64,000 bases of DNA. Source: Nanobdellota archaeon (GTDB lineage: Archaea; Nanobdellota; Nanobdellia; Parvarchaeales; Parvarchaeaceae). Positions 17,600-26,583 of this stretch are shown piece by piece; the stretch's first letter is position 1, and every line of letters begins with the position of its first letter. The notes beneath the pieces were generated by a model. That model ran no database searches, was not told the DNA's origin, and saw nothing but the letters and a program-made list of their open reading frames with translations. The DNA lies in the NCBI GenBank assembly GCA_021802505.1, contig JAJZXE010000001.1, forward strand, positions 35,683 through 99,682. The letters run 5' to 3'. The position numbers and the translations under genes were made by a program.

Positions 17600-17802
17600 T
17601 ATCCCCCTGAAAAAACTTCTATTACGTTTATTTCGTCCTTTTCATCCACTTTTTCGTCTTTTGTGTATATCCTGCCGTTCTTTCCGATCAATATCACAGA
17701 ATCGTCGTTTAAATCCAGCTTCTCTATCAGTTCTTTGACCGATCCGGAGGAGAGACTAACCGCCTTTTCTCCGAAATTTACATTCTTTAATTTTACTTCC
17801 AT
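17599..17802 (-). CDS. Ubiquitin-like sulfur carrier / small archaeal modifier protein (ThiS/MoaD/TtuB fold)
   Basis: 67 aa ending ...VIEVFSGG*. The TAATG stop/start overlap couples it to the thiolase gene. Confidence 0.8.
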   Translation of the reverse strand: MEVKLKNVNFGEKAVSLSSGSVKELIEKLDLNDDSVILIGKNGRIYTKDEKVDEKDEINVIEVFSGG

Positions 17803-17804
17803 GC

Positions 17805-20150
17805 TTATTCAGTCAGATTATGCATGCTTTTAAGGTCATTCCCGAAGACCTTAAGCTCCGGAGGTATCTCAAGTTTAAGTCCCTCTCTTAAAGATAATCC
17901 CTTTTCTTTTTTGATAGCCCATACTTTACTGTTGAACTCCATAAGCTTTTCCCCGAGTTCGATGATCTCCATGTTTACTTCGCATTCATCCGGCATCCTC
18001 TGGTAGTGCACCGGCTCCTTTGAATAAAGCTCCCCCCACAGAGTTTCCGATATAAACGGAGTTATTGGTGCGATCAACAGGATCAGTCTTTTCAATACAT
18101 AGTTAAGCGTATAAACTGCGGACTGCTTATCCATCCCGGAAAATCCCTCGCCGTAAGCCCTTGCCTTGACGAGTTCTATGTAATGGGGCGCAAAAACGTT
18201 CCAAAGAAATTCCCTTATTTTATTTGAAGGAATAAACGGGTTTAACTCCTCATAGCCTTTTCTGCAATCGTTGACAAGCTTTTTGGTGTAATTAATTATC
18301 CATTCATCGCTTTTGCTGGTTACTTCTATTTCTTCACCGCGGTATGGAAACTGGTTTATCAATCTTGCGACGTTCCATAATTTTGTAAGGAATTTTGTGC
18401 TTCCCTGCAGTCTGCTTTCGGAAAACATAAAATTGCTGCCGGCCATCGCCTCCGATGCCGCCCAAAACCTAAAAGCGTCAGCACCGTATTTTTCTATCAC
18501 AGTTGTGGGATCTACGCCGTTCCCCCTGGATTTTGACATCTTCTCGCCGTGTTCATCCAACCCCATCCCATCCAGCCATGCTTTTTTCCAGGGGAGTTCT
18601 CCGGTGAGCAGATAGCACCTTAAAATACTGTAGTTAAGCCACGTCCTTATTATATCCACGCCCTGCGGCCGCAGTGTCATAGGGTATGTTTTGCCGTGGA
18701 AATCTTTATCCGATAGATACTTGGTAACATAGAGCGCAGATACGCTGGAATCCATCCATGTATCAAATGTCCTGTCATCCCCTGTAAACTCTTTTCCGCC
18801 GCATTTCCCGCATACGGCATTTTTGGGGGGAGATTCCCTCCACGGCCGGTAATACTTCCCTTTCTCGGGTACGTACGACTCACCGCAATCATTGCAGTAC
18901 CACAGCGGGATTTCGGTTCCGTAATACCTTCTTCTTGATATGGGCCAGTCGGAAGAGACTTTAAGCCAGTTTATAAGTATCTGTCTGTGCTGCGGTGGTG
19001 TTACTTCAAGTTTATGGGCCAGCTCTTCGAGTTTGTCCCTTATTTCAGTCACTTTTACATAATACTCATTTAATGGTATGATCTCTATAGGGGTTTTGCT
19101 CCTGTCGCACATAGGGGTCCTGTGCTTTATATTCTCTATTTTTTCTACAAAGTCGTTATCCTGGAGCAGTTTTATTATTTCCGTCCTTGCATTTTTTACG
19201 TTCAGGCCACTGAGTTTTTCCCCCGCCTTTTCGTTCATTCTTCCGTTTGTATTTATGGTTATATTTTCTTCCAGTTTAAGCTCCTTTATGATCTGTACGT
19301 CATTATAATCCCCGTAACTGCATATCATTACCGCTCCGCTTCCAAATTCCGCCTTTGCGTAGGCATGCGGTATTATCTTAACTTCTTTGTTATACAGAGG
19401 GGTTATCGCGGTCTTTCCCGCAAAATCCTTGAACCTTTCGTCGGCAGGGTTTACAAGTATTGCAGAACACGCCGCGAGCAGTTCCGGCCGGGTGCTCGCA
19501 ACAAGAATCCTGTCATCGGAGTCTTTTATTTTGAAATAAAAATACACCAGTTTTGTGTCTATTTCCGCATATTCTATTTCGGCATCCGCTATGGTCGTTC
19601 CGCAGTCTATGCAGTAATTGCTAGGCCTGGTCCCTCTCGTTATCATCCCTCTCTCCCACATCTCTATAAATGTGCTTTGCGTAAGTGCCCTATACTCCGG
19701 GGAGTCCGTTCTGTATATGTTATTAAAATCGCCGGAGTATCCGAATGAATGCAGTATCTCCAGCATTTCCTTCTCAAGCTCATCCAAGGAAGTTTTGCAG
19801 AGATTCAAGAATTCCTCCCTTTGCGTGTCCCTCATTCTTATGCCATATTTTTTCTCGGTGTATCTTTCAACAGGTATGCCGTTCCTGTCCATGCCGACCG
19901 GAAATAGCACCTCTCTTCCAAGCATTCTCTGCGCCCTGCCTATAATATCTATCTTTGAGTATTGGGCGGCTGCACCGAGGTGCCAGGGCCTGCCGGACGT
20001 ATACGGAGGCGGTGTATCAAGTGAAAATATCTCCTTTCCAGAATAGGGGGAAAAATTCCAGCTAAGCGAATTTACCCTCTCTTTTATCTGGTTCTCAAGT
20101 TCTCTGCTCCAGTTTTTTTTATCACCGGATAATTTGCCGTCTTCAGTCAT
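17805..20150 (-). CDS. valS: Valyl-tRNA synthetase
   Basis: PPPYTSG...HLGA (HIGH-region variant). Editing-domain signature ASTRPELLAACSAILVNPADERF. KMSKS motif present (GEKMSKSRGNGVDP). 781 aa. Confidence 0.75.
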   Translation of the reverse strand: MTEDGKLSGDKKNWSRELENQIKERVNSLSWNFSPYSGKEIFSLDTPPPYTSGRPWHLGAAAQYSKIDIIGRAQRMLGREVLFPVGMDRNGIPVERYTEKKYGIRMRDTQREEFLNLCKTSLDELEKEMLEILHSFGYSGDFNNIYRTDSPEYRALTQSTFIEMWERGMITRGTRPSNYCIDCGTTIADAEIEYAEIDTKLVYFYFKIKDSDDRILVASTRPELLAACSAILVNPADERFKDFAGKTAITPLYNKEVKIIPHAYAKAEFGSGAVMICSYGDYNDVQIIKELKLEENITINTNGRMNEKAGEKLSGLNVKNARTEIIKLLQDNDFVEKIENIKHRTPMCDRSKTPIEIIPLNEYYVKVTEIRDKLEELAHKLEVTPPQHRQILINWLKVSSDWPISRRRYYGTEIPLWYCNDCGESYVPEKGKYYRPWRESPPKNAVCGKCGGKEFTGDDRTFDTWMDSSVSALYVTKYLSDKDFHGKTYPMTLRPQGVDIIRTWLNYSILRCYLLTGELPWKKAWLDGMGLDEHGEKMSKSRGNGVDPTTVIEKYGADAFRFWAASEAMAGSNFMFSESRLQGSTKFLTKLWNVARLINQFPYRGEEIEVTSKSDEWIINYTKKLVNDCRKGYEELNPFIPSNKIREFLWNVFAPHYIELVKARAYGEGFSGMDKQSAVYTLNYVLKRLILLIAPITPFISETLWGELYSKEPVHYQRMPDECEVNMEIIELGEKLMEFNSKVWAIKKEKGLSLREGLKLEIPPELKVFGNDLKSMHNLTE

Positions 20151-20182
20151 TCTAAACTAAGATTGTTCTCGTTTTTATCTTT

Positions 20183-21514
20183 TTATTCGAGGGTTATCTC
20201 CTGCCCGTCAAGCAATATATGCGAATTTTTATTCAGTTCGTATCCGAATTCCCTTGCGAGTTCTATGTTTGCGCTTAATTTTTCTATGCCTCCGTGCGAG
20301 GGTATTATGTGTTTGGGCATAAGCATCTTAATCAGCAGTTTGTGATCATTCTTTGATGCGTGTCCGGATACATGTATGTTGTCCGCGACGTTTACATTGA
20401 GGCTTTCAAGCGCACTTTTGAGCATGTTCTTGTTTGCCTCATTTAACGGTGTCGGTATGGTTCTTGATGAAAAGATAACCCCGTCTTCGCTTGATAATCT
20501 GTACTGGTACTGCCCGGTGACAAGTTTGTCAAGAAATGCCCCCCGTTCACCCTGGTGACCGGTGCATATGACAACATATTTTCCCGGCCTTTCCGCAACG
20601 TGCTTAAGCATGCTGTTTATCAGATCTCTGCGTGTCGCGACTTCCGGAAGCGTGCCTTTGTTTATGACATTTGTGCTCATTGCAGCTTTTGTGTACATAT
20701 CCATGCTTCTTCCGAATATCATCACGCTTCTGTTCATTTTACGGCTTATTTCAACGATGTTTTTTATCCTAGCTATATGGGACGAAAACGTTGATATAAA
20801 GATAGTTTTGTTGTCAAGGCTCTTCTTTATTATGTCTTCAAGCATCGTTTTCACGATGCTTTCCGAGAAGGTATACCCGTCCACGTCCGCGTTTGTCGAA
20901 TCTGATATCAGTAAAAAAATGCCTTCCTTTCTTAATTCTTCGAGTTTTTCGTAATCCGGCTTTTTACCCAGTGTCGGGGTATTGTCAAATTTCCAGTCGT
21001 TTGCATAGATTATTACGCCGTGTTTTGTGTGCAGGGCTATCATCGAACTGTTCGGGATGGAGTGCGTTATATTCACCAGTTCAAGTTTTATATTATCCGA
21101 TATCTTGTATGGTGTTCCCGTATTGAGCTGCACAAGATTAAGAGACCTTACCTTGAAGTTTTTCATCAGGTTTTCTATGATCTTTATGGCGAACGGCGTC
21201 GCTATGACCGGGCATTTGTATTTTTGGCTCAGAAACGGCACCGCCCAGATATGGTCCAGGTGACCGTGCGTAAGCACTATTGCCTTCACCTTTTTGCCCT
21301 CCTTCATGAAGAAGTCCCTATCGTCAGGTATGACATTGTTGTCTATCAACGAAGTCAGGTCGTTTATTGTTATGTCGTTTTTGTCTTCCTCGAAATTAAC
21401 GAGTTTTTCTATGTCCGCACCCATGTCCGTGAGTATTATCTCACCGTCTACATCGATTGCGGTCATGCTTTTTCCTATCTTACTATATCCTCCAAATGCT
21501 TTTACCTTTATCAT
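20183..21514 (-). CDS. rnj: Archaeal RNase J (beta-CASP metallo-beta-lactamase ribonuclease)
   Basis: VLTHGHLDH motif, beta-CASP-type layout and the final HVSGHAS motif. 443 aa, typical of archaeal RNase J. Confidence 0.8.
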   Translation of the reverse strand: MIKVKAFGGYSKIGKSMTAIDVDGEIILTDMGADIEKLVNFEEDKNDITINDLTSLIDNNVIPDDRDFFMKEGKKVKAIVLTHGHLDHIWAVPFLSQKYKCPVIATPFAIKIIENLMKNFKVRSLNLVQLNTGTPYKISDNIKLELVNITHSIPNSSMIALHTKHGVIIYANDWKFDNTPTLGKKPDYEKLEELRKEGIFLLISDSTNADVDGYTFSESIVKTMLEDIIKKSLDNKTIFISTFSSHIARIKNIVEISRKMNRSVMIFGRSMDMYTKAAMSTNVINKGTLPEVATRRDLINSMLKHVAERPGKYVVICTGHQGERGAFLDKLVTGQYQYRLSSEDGVIFSSRTIPTPLNEANKNMLKSALESLNVNVADNIHVSGHASKNDHKLLIKMLMPKHIIPSHGGIEKLSANIELAREFGYELNKNSHILLDGQEITLE

Positions 21515-22422
21515 ATTCCTTTTATAAACTCACCTACGTTTTTATATTCTTTTTTTCTGGAAAGATCCCTAAGGAGTTTAACCACTCCGCTGCCATACTG
21601 CATGGCTTTTTTGTTTCTTTCCGTTATCGTTTTACTGAGCCCTAGCCTTTTCCCGGCCGAGCGCAATAAAACTTTATCATTACTTTCTGAAAATTCAACG
21701 CCTCCTGAAAGTGCTATGTCTATTACATTATCCGTTAAATACGGAAATATCATCGAAATGCCGAATTTTACAGCTATCGAATTCAGTCTCCAGAGATCAA
21801 ATGCAGGCATGTAAAAAAGCCGCTCGTCCCTGAATTCCCTCAGTTTTTCCCTGTCCATTTTTTTGTGTTTATAAAATCCGAAAAAAAGTTCATCGCTGCC
21901 GATGCCGCTAATTATTCTTCTGCATCCCAATTCTACCGCTTTTTCAATCGAAAGGAACTCTGTTATCCCCATTATTGTATTGTACGTGTCTATTCCGAGT
22001 GTTTTGAGCCCGTTTATCGCGCGGTAAACACCCTCTTCGTCTATGTTCACGCGGATTAACGGCGTTGCCAGTTCCCTGCTCAATATCTCTGCAAAATTTA
22101 GGTCCTCGCCGTTCTCCGTTCCTGCCGATATAAGTTTTACGTTTTTAAACTCTCTTATGGCTATCGCCGCAAGCACGGAGGAGTCTATGCCGCCGGATAC
22201 AAGGACGGAATCCGGTCTTGAATTTTTTATATTTGAGGTAAGCTCCTCAAGTATGTCCGTTTTAACCTCTTTATTCTTTCTCTCCACCTTTATGTGCAGA
22301 GAGCCGTTTTCCGCTCTTATTTTTGAATCTCCCGGAAATATCAGCTTTAAATTGAATATCTCTTTGTATCTTGAATAGGAGTTTACCCTGTCAGTGACCG
22401 CAGTTTCATTTCCTGTTTTCAT
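21511..22422 (-). CDS. Asparagine-synthase-related PP-loop ATPase (no glutaminase domain)
   Basis: VLVSGGIDSSVLAAIA PP-loop and SGIGSDELFFGFYKH, as in the AsnB C-domain. 303 aa. Confidence 0.6.
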   Translation of the reverse strand: MKTGNETAVTDRVNSYSRYKEIFNLKLIFPGDSKIRAENGSLHIKVERKNKEVKTDILEELTSNIKNSRPDSVLVSGGIDSSVLAAIAIREFKNVKLISAGTENGEDLNFAEILSRELATPLIRVNIDEEGVYRAINGLKTLGIDTYNTIMGITEFLSIEKAVELGCRRIISGIGSDELFFGFYKHKKMDREKLREFRDERLFYMPAFDLWRLNSIAVKFGISMIFPYLTDNVIDIALSGGVEFSESNDKVLLRSAGKRLGLSKTITERNKKAMQYGSGVVKLLRDLSRKKEYKNVGEFIKGI

Positions 22423-22756
22423 ATATCTTTATCTTAAGTTTATCCCCAACCTTTATATCATATTTTCTGTCAACCGGCAGTTCGAGGACATGTTTCGCGC
22501 CTTCCGGCCCGTTGTAAAGCCGCCATTTTCTCGCGATGGTCTGGTGCATAACCGTGAAATTTCCGTCAAGCCATACGACCCTTAATTCGAATCTTACGAA
22601 ATTCATGTGTATATCTTTTACGTCCGGAAGGAACGCCCCGTTGCCAGGTGCGGATACAAACATCAATCCGAGGATTTTACTAGACAGTTTCCCGCAGTAT
22701 TTAACCCCTCTTGCGATTGCTTTTTCGTTTTTGTAGAAATCACAGCTCTCTTTCAT
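22406..22756 (-). CDS. DUF192 family protein
   Basis: Pattern GLMF...HM..V.F.L.VVWLD....V...........GAKHVLELP...IKVGDKL is typical of DUF192/COG1430. Confidence 0.6.
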   Translation of the reverse strand: MKESCDFYKNEKAIARGVKYCGKLSSKILGLMFVSAPGNGAFLPDVKDIHMNFVRFELRVVWLDGNFTVMHQTIARKWRLYNGPEGAKHVLELPVDRKYDIKVGDKLKIKIYENRK

Positions 22757-22818
22757 TTTCTTTTCTCCATCCTGTATGCAGCATATCTCTCTCCACCCTT
22801 ACTAAAGTATTCATATCC

Positions 22819-23418
22819 TTAAAATTCAAGTTCCTTTGAAACAAAATCTTCAAGACTTATCTTTTCGAGTTTTTCCTTTTCCTCCTTCTTTGCCATATTC
22901 AATGCCAGAAGGAACAGGATCAATCCTATGCTGTTCCCGCTCTTATTGTTTCCCGGTATTATCAGATCGAGAAAGGCGGTGCTGTTGTCGGTGTTTGCTA
23001 TCCCGACAATAGGAACATTCGTTTTCTTTGCGTCGTTTATCGCCCTCCTGTTTGATTTTGGATCCGTTATAAGCAGCACCTTGGGCTCAAAGAAGTTCTT
23101 ATAGCTTATGTTTGTAAGGGACCCTGCGAGATATCTGCCGAAATTGACGCTTATATTCATTAATTTGGAAAAGTTGTATACCGAATAGTAAGCACTGTCA
23201 AGCGTTGAAACAAGCAGTACCTCTTTTCTTTTGTAGTTGTTAAGGAATTTTGCCGCAAGTTTTATCCTTTCATCTATGAGTTTTATATTGAGGATTGTGA
23301 ATTTGTTGGGTATCTTCTTAAATACAAACCTCTCGAACGCCTTGTTGTTGGCATTCGCCCCGATTCTCGTTCCGTACGTTTTATACGCTTCCAATTTGTC
23401 TATTTTTTTAAACACCAT
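22819..23418 (-). CDS. rps2: 30S ribosomal protein S2 (uS2)
   Basis: VLLITDPKSNRRAINDAKKTNVPIVGIANTDNSTAFLDLIIPGNNKSGNSIGLILFLLA. Sits in the conserved eno-rps2 arrangement. Confidence 0.9.
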   Translation of the reverse strand: MVFKKIDKLEAYKTYGTRIGANANNKAFERFVFKKIPNKFTILNIKLIDERIKLAAKFLNNYKRKEVLLVSTLDSAYYSVYNFSKLMNISVNFGRYLAGSLTNISYKNFFEPKVLLITDPKSNRRAINDAKKTNVPIVGIANTDNSTAFLDLIIPGNNKSGNSIGLILFLLALNMAKKEEKEKLEKISLEDFVSKELEF

Positions 23419-23419
23419 A

Positions 23420-24586
23420 TCAATTAAGCTCTATGAGCCTGTTTATTTTCTCTATCCTTTCTCCTCTATTAATTCCAACTTTTAAATACTTTGCGCTCAT
23501 GCCCGTCGCTATGTCCGATATTATCGGGATCGTCGTTTCTTCCGATCTGTGCGACACCACCTTGTCTATTTTAAATTTATCCGCAAGATCGGAGTATTCC
23601 TTCACCTTATACATCAGTGCCACCTGGTTTGGCTTTATAAGTGTCGCATTTATGTTTTGGTGCACTTTTTCCAGTCTTTCCGGAGTGGTCGCGGTAAGGT
23701 CATCGCCCACCACCAAGGAATTACTCAGGCTTTTAAGTATCTCGCCGTAATCCTCTGCTAGAGTTTCATCAACAGGGTCTTCTACAAAGAAAATATCAAA
23801 TTCCTCCGCCAGTTTTTTTGTCAGGTCTATCTGCTCCCCTCTGTCCAGTTCCTTTTTTCCGTATATCGGCCGCTTATACCGGTATTTTCCGTCTTTATAA
23901 AACGTAGACGCGGCGAAATCCAACCCCAGCCGTATATCCATGCTGGTTTCTGAGATTACGCTTTCGACCGCTTCCCTTACGAGTTTTATGGACTCATAGT
24001 TGTCCAGGCCGCTGATGAATCCGCCCTCTGGGTCGACCCCTCCGAGGAAACTGTCAGTTTTATTCTCCAGAAGCTCTTTCACCTTTTGGTATACTTTCAG
24101 GGTGGTTTTTATGCTGTCATAATTGTTTTCCGCGATGGTTGTTACAAGTATTTCCTGTATATCCATTCCCAATCCGGAAGCATGCATTCCCCCACCTATC
24201 ATCTTGCACACCGGAATGACCCTGTTCTTTTTTCCGAATAATTCGTACGGTTCAACACCCATCTCAGTGCTTAATCCATATATCAGTGCGTATGACAGTG
24301 AGAGAGACGGGCCTCCTATGAACTCCTGAGGAATCTCTTTTTCTACCGTGAATATGCCGTTTAAATCGTTAATCCTTCTGCCGATCAGCTTTTTAAGGTA
24401 TACATTGAAGCCGTTTATCTCTTCTTCCACGCCTTTTTTAAACTGGCTGACTTCATACCTGCTGTTGCTTTCCCCCTTCGGAGACGAGCCGCGAAACACG
24501 CCTTTATCTGTTTTTAGTACCACCTCAACCGTGAAGTTCGAATTGGCATTCAATATCTGCAGCGCCTTTATTTCTTTTATCTCCAT
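23420..24586 (-). CDS. eno: Enolase (short, divergent)
   Basis: Catalytic and metal positions can be aligned: IGGGMHA...QEILV, DPEGGF, LGLDFAAS, FFVEDP, VGDDL, LIKPNQ, SHRSEET, LKVG. 388 aa. Confidence 0.8.
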   Translation of the reverse strand: MEIKEIKALQILNANSNFTVEVVLKTDKGVFRGSSPKGESNSRYEVSQFKKGVEEEINGFNVYLKKLIGRRINDLNGIFTVEKEIPQEFIGGPSLSLSYALIYGLSTEMGVEPYELFGKKNRVIPVCKMIGGGMHASGLGMDIQEILVTTIAENNYDSIKTTLKVYQKVKELLENKTDSFLGGVDPEGGFISGLDNYESIKLVREAVESVISETSMDIRLGLDFAASTFYKDGKYRYKRPIYGKKELDRGEQIDLTKKLAEEFDIFFVEDPVDETLAEDYGEILKSLSNSLVVGDDLTATTPERLEKVHQNINATLIKPNQVALMYKVKEYSDLADKFKIDKVVSHRSEETTIPIISDIATGMSAKYLKVGINRGERIEKINRLIELN

Positions 24587-24606
24587 TTTTATTATAAAAT
24601 ATGCTT

Positions 24607-25128
24607 TTATTTAAGCATTTTTTCTATTTTAATTATTTTATCCGAAAAATCCACACTGTCGCCTTTTCCTGTCCCTTTGATTATCGCCGCGGCTTTCTCA
24701 ACGCATCTGCCTATTCCTCCGCTGTTATCTATCTGAAAAACGCTTTTTCCCGTGCTCACCGCCTCCATGTATGCGCCGTCTATCGCTTCGAACATAACAT
24801 TATCATATATTTTCAAAAGAGAGTACCCTCTTTTTTTAAGTCTTCTTGCAAGCAGTTCCGGATCCGTTCTCAGCACTATGATTAATTTTATGTCTTTTGA
24901 TCTTATAAAATGGGACAAATGCGAAACGACTATCGAATTGTCCTTTTTTAATCTTTTAAATGCGCGGTTTATCTCTCTTATTGTAACTTCTTTTTCCTCT
25001 GTCCTTCCCCCTAAAGCCTTTCCGAGATCTATGACATTGAATTTCATCTTTTTCGAGAGTTTCTCCGCCAGAGTGTGTTTTCCCGTTCCGGGTGTTCCCG
25101 TCAGTGCTATTATCATATTATTTACCAT
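24607..25128 (-). CDS. P-loop nucleoside kinase/NTPase, adenylate kinase 6 / Fap7-like
   Basis: Walker A LTGTPGTGKHTLA near the N-terminus. About 170 aa. Confidence 0.5.
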   Translation of the reverse strand: MVNNMIIALTGTPGTGKHTLAEKLSKKMKFNVIDLGKALGGRTEEKEVTIREINRAFKRLKKDNSIVVSHLSHFIRSKDIKLIIVLRTDPELLARRLKKRGYSLLKIYDNVMFEAIDGAYMEAVSTGKSVFQIDNSGGIGRCVEKAAAIIKGTGKGDSVDFSDKIIKIEKMLK

Positions 25129-25177
25129 TCATGAATGATTTTTAATCTATTTATAATAATAAGAGGCATATACTGAA

Positions 25178-26554
25178 ATGACTTCGGAAGAAAGCAAGTC
25201 GATTCTTAACTCAATTATCAAAGATTTAAACAGCAAAAATAAAGGTCGCCTGGAGGAGCTGATAGAAAGCGCGGAAATTGACGAATCAACGGCTTATGCA
25301 CTTAAAAATCTCGACAAAAAATACGTATATGAAAATTACAGGACAGAGGGGCTGGAAAGATACCTGCGCAGTATTCTTGATGACTGGGGAGGATACCCTT
25401 TGTTTAAGAATGTGGCTGCGGGCGGCAAAACCGGCAAAAAAGTCCTTTATGACCTTCTTCTGTCTCCCGTAAAGCTCGTTTCAAAGGTTTATGATTACAT
25501 ACTTTCGAAAACGAATAGTCATTTCATATCCACGGTTTCGATGGGGTTATTGGGAGGTGAGATAGGTAGCATCGCGGCATTTACTGGCGAAACGGCTTAT
25601 TACTCCGCAGCATTGCACATACCTTTTACCAGTTTATTTTCGGAGGAACTTGTATATAATTCCTCTTTTTTCGTACAAATCCCGCTTATAACCGGATTAA
25701 TATCGGCGTTGTTCGTAGGAGTTGTAGTCGGTGCAACCCCTCTTGTATTTAACCATAAGAAGATAGAAACGGACGAGATAGAGAAAGATATAAAAAAGTA
25801 TTCGGGGGAATTTAATGCGGTTTTCAGTAGGTACAACGATTCTTTTTTTAAATCAACAATAGAGCCCTCGCTTGTTAACATAAACTCCATTTACATGCTG
25901 TCTTCTTCAAAAGCATACGCAGAAATTTCCGGTTCGGAAGATAATCTTAGGAAATACGAAACAGCGATGCTTCCTTACATTGCACAGGTCATCAAAAAGG
26001 AGGTAAATCCCAGACTTATAATACACCGCTCCCCTAAAAATGTCGGCGGTTTTACGCTTGTTTACAACTCCTTGGCGGGTAAATTGATAAAAAAGAAATC
26101 ATACAGCCCGGTTTTTCTGAATACGGACAGATTGACGGCCGTTCCAGAGTATCTGTTTGCACTTTTCCATGAGATCTCGCACGGAGCGGGAGCTACAAGC
26201 GAACAGATGGCCAGCTATTATGCAGAAAAGGCGATGGAGGAAGCCCAGAAAGATTTTCCTCTGCAGGGTTATGATCTTTTTCTGTCAGTTAACAAACTCG
26301 AATCGGCGGTCGCGGCGCTTTCACAAAAATTTCATTCAAATACCGAGTTTTTCAGCGAACTCGACAGGTTAAACCTGCCCCGTTTCGTAAGGGAGTCATT
26401 TGATTACGGGTTTAATCCTCTTTTTTCCATAACGTTTCCGGTCAGCGAATCGCTGTACGGCGGCAGAATAGAGTCTAAATTTTCAGGACTTTATGCATCC
26501 GGGCCGTACATTGCAAAGAAAATGGTTGAAAAGGGCCTTGTTAAAACCTTTTAA
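25178..26554 (+). CDS. Hypothetical membrane-associated protein with HExxH motif
   Basis: 458 aa. Has central hydrophobic segments and ALFHEISHGAG (HExxH). No family recognised. Confidence 0.4.
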   Translation: MTSEESKSILNSIIKDLNSKNKGRLEELIESAEIDESTAYALKNLDKKYVYENYRTEGLERYLRSILDDWGGYPLFKNVAAGGKTGKKVLYDLLLSPVKLVSKVYDYILSKTNSHFISTVSMGLLGGEIGSIAAFTGETAYYSAALHIPFTSLFSEELVYNSSFFVQIPLITGLISALFVGVVVGATPLVFNHKKIETDEIEKDIKKYSGEFNAVFSRYNDSFFKSTIEPSLVNINSIYMLSSSKAYAEISGSEDNLRKYETAMLPYIAQVIKKEVNPRLIIHRSPKNVGGFTLVYNSLAGKLIKKKSYSPVFLNTDRLTAVPEYLFALFHEISHGAGATSEQMASYYAEKAMEEAQKDFPLQGYDLFLSVNKLESAVAALSQKFHSNTEFFSELDRLNLPRFVRESFDYGFNPLFSITFPVSESLYGGRIESKFSGLYASGPYIAKKMVEKGLVKTF

Positions 26555-26583
26555 TTCCTATTTGCGTTATCTTTAGTTATCGG

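Noticed and set aside
21020-21814. A 264-aa plus-strand ORF, with several others, across the RNase J and AsnB-like genes
   Set aside because: These are shadow ORFs opposite strongly supported minus-strand genes. Their translations are Tyr/Phe/Arg-rich nonsense.
23420-24586. The short, divergent enolase as a possible pseudo-enzyme
   Set aside because: All catalytic and metal-binding positions I could align are retained: E in QEILV, E in DPEGGF, D in LDFAAS, E in VEDP, D in GDDL, K in IKPNQ, H in SHRS and K in LKVG. It is probably an active but compact enolase.
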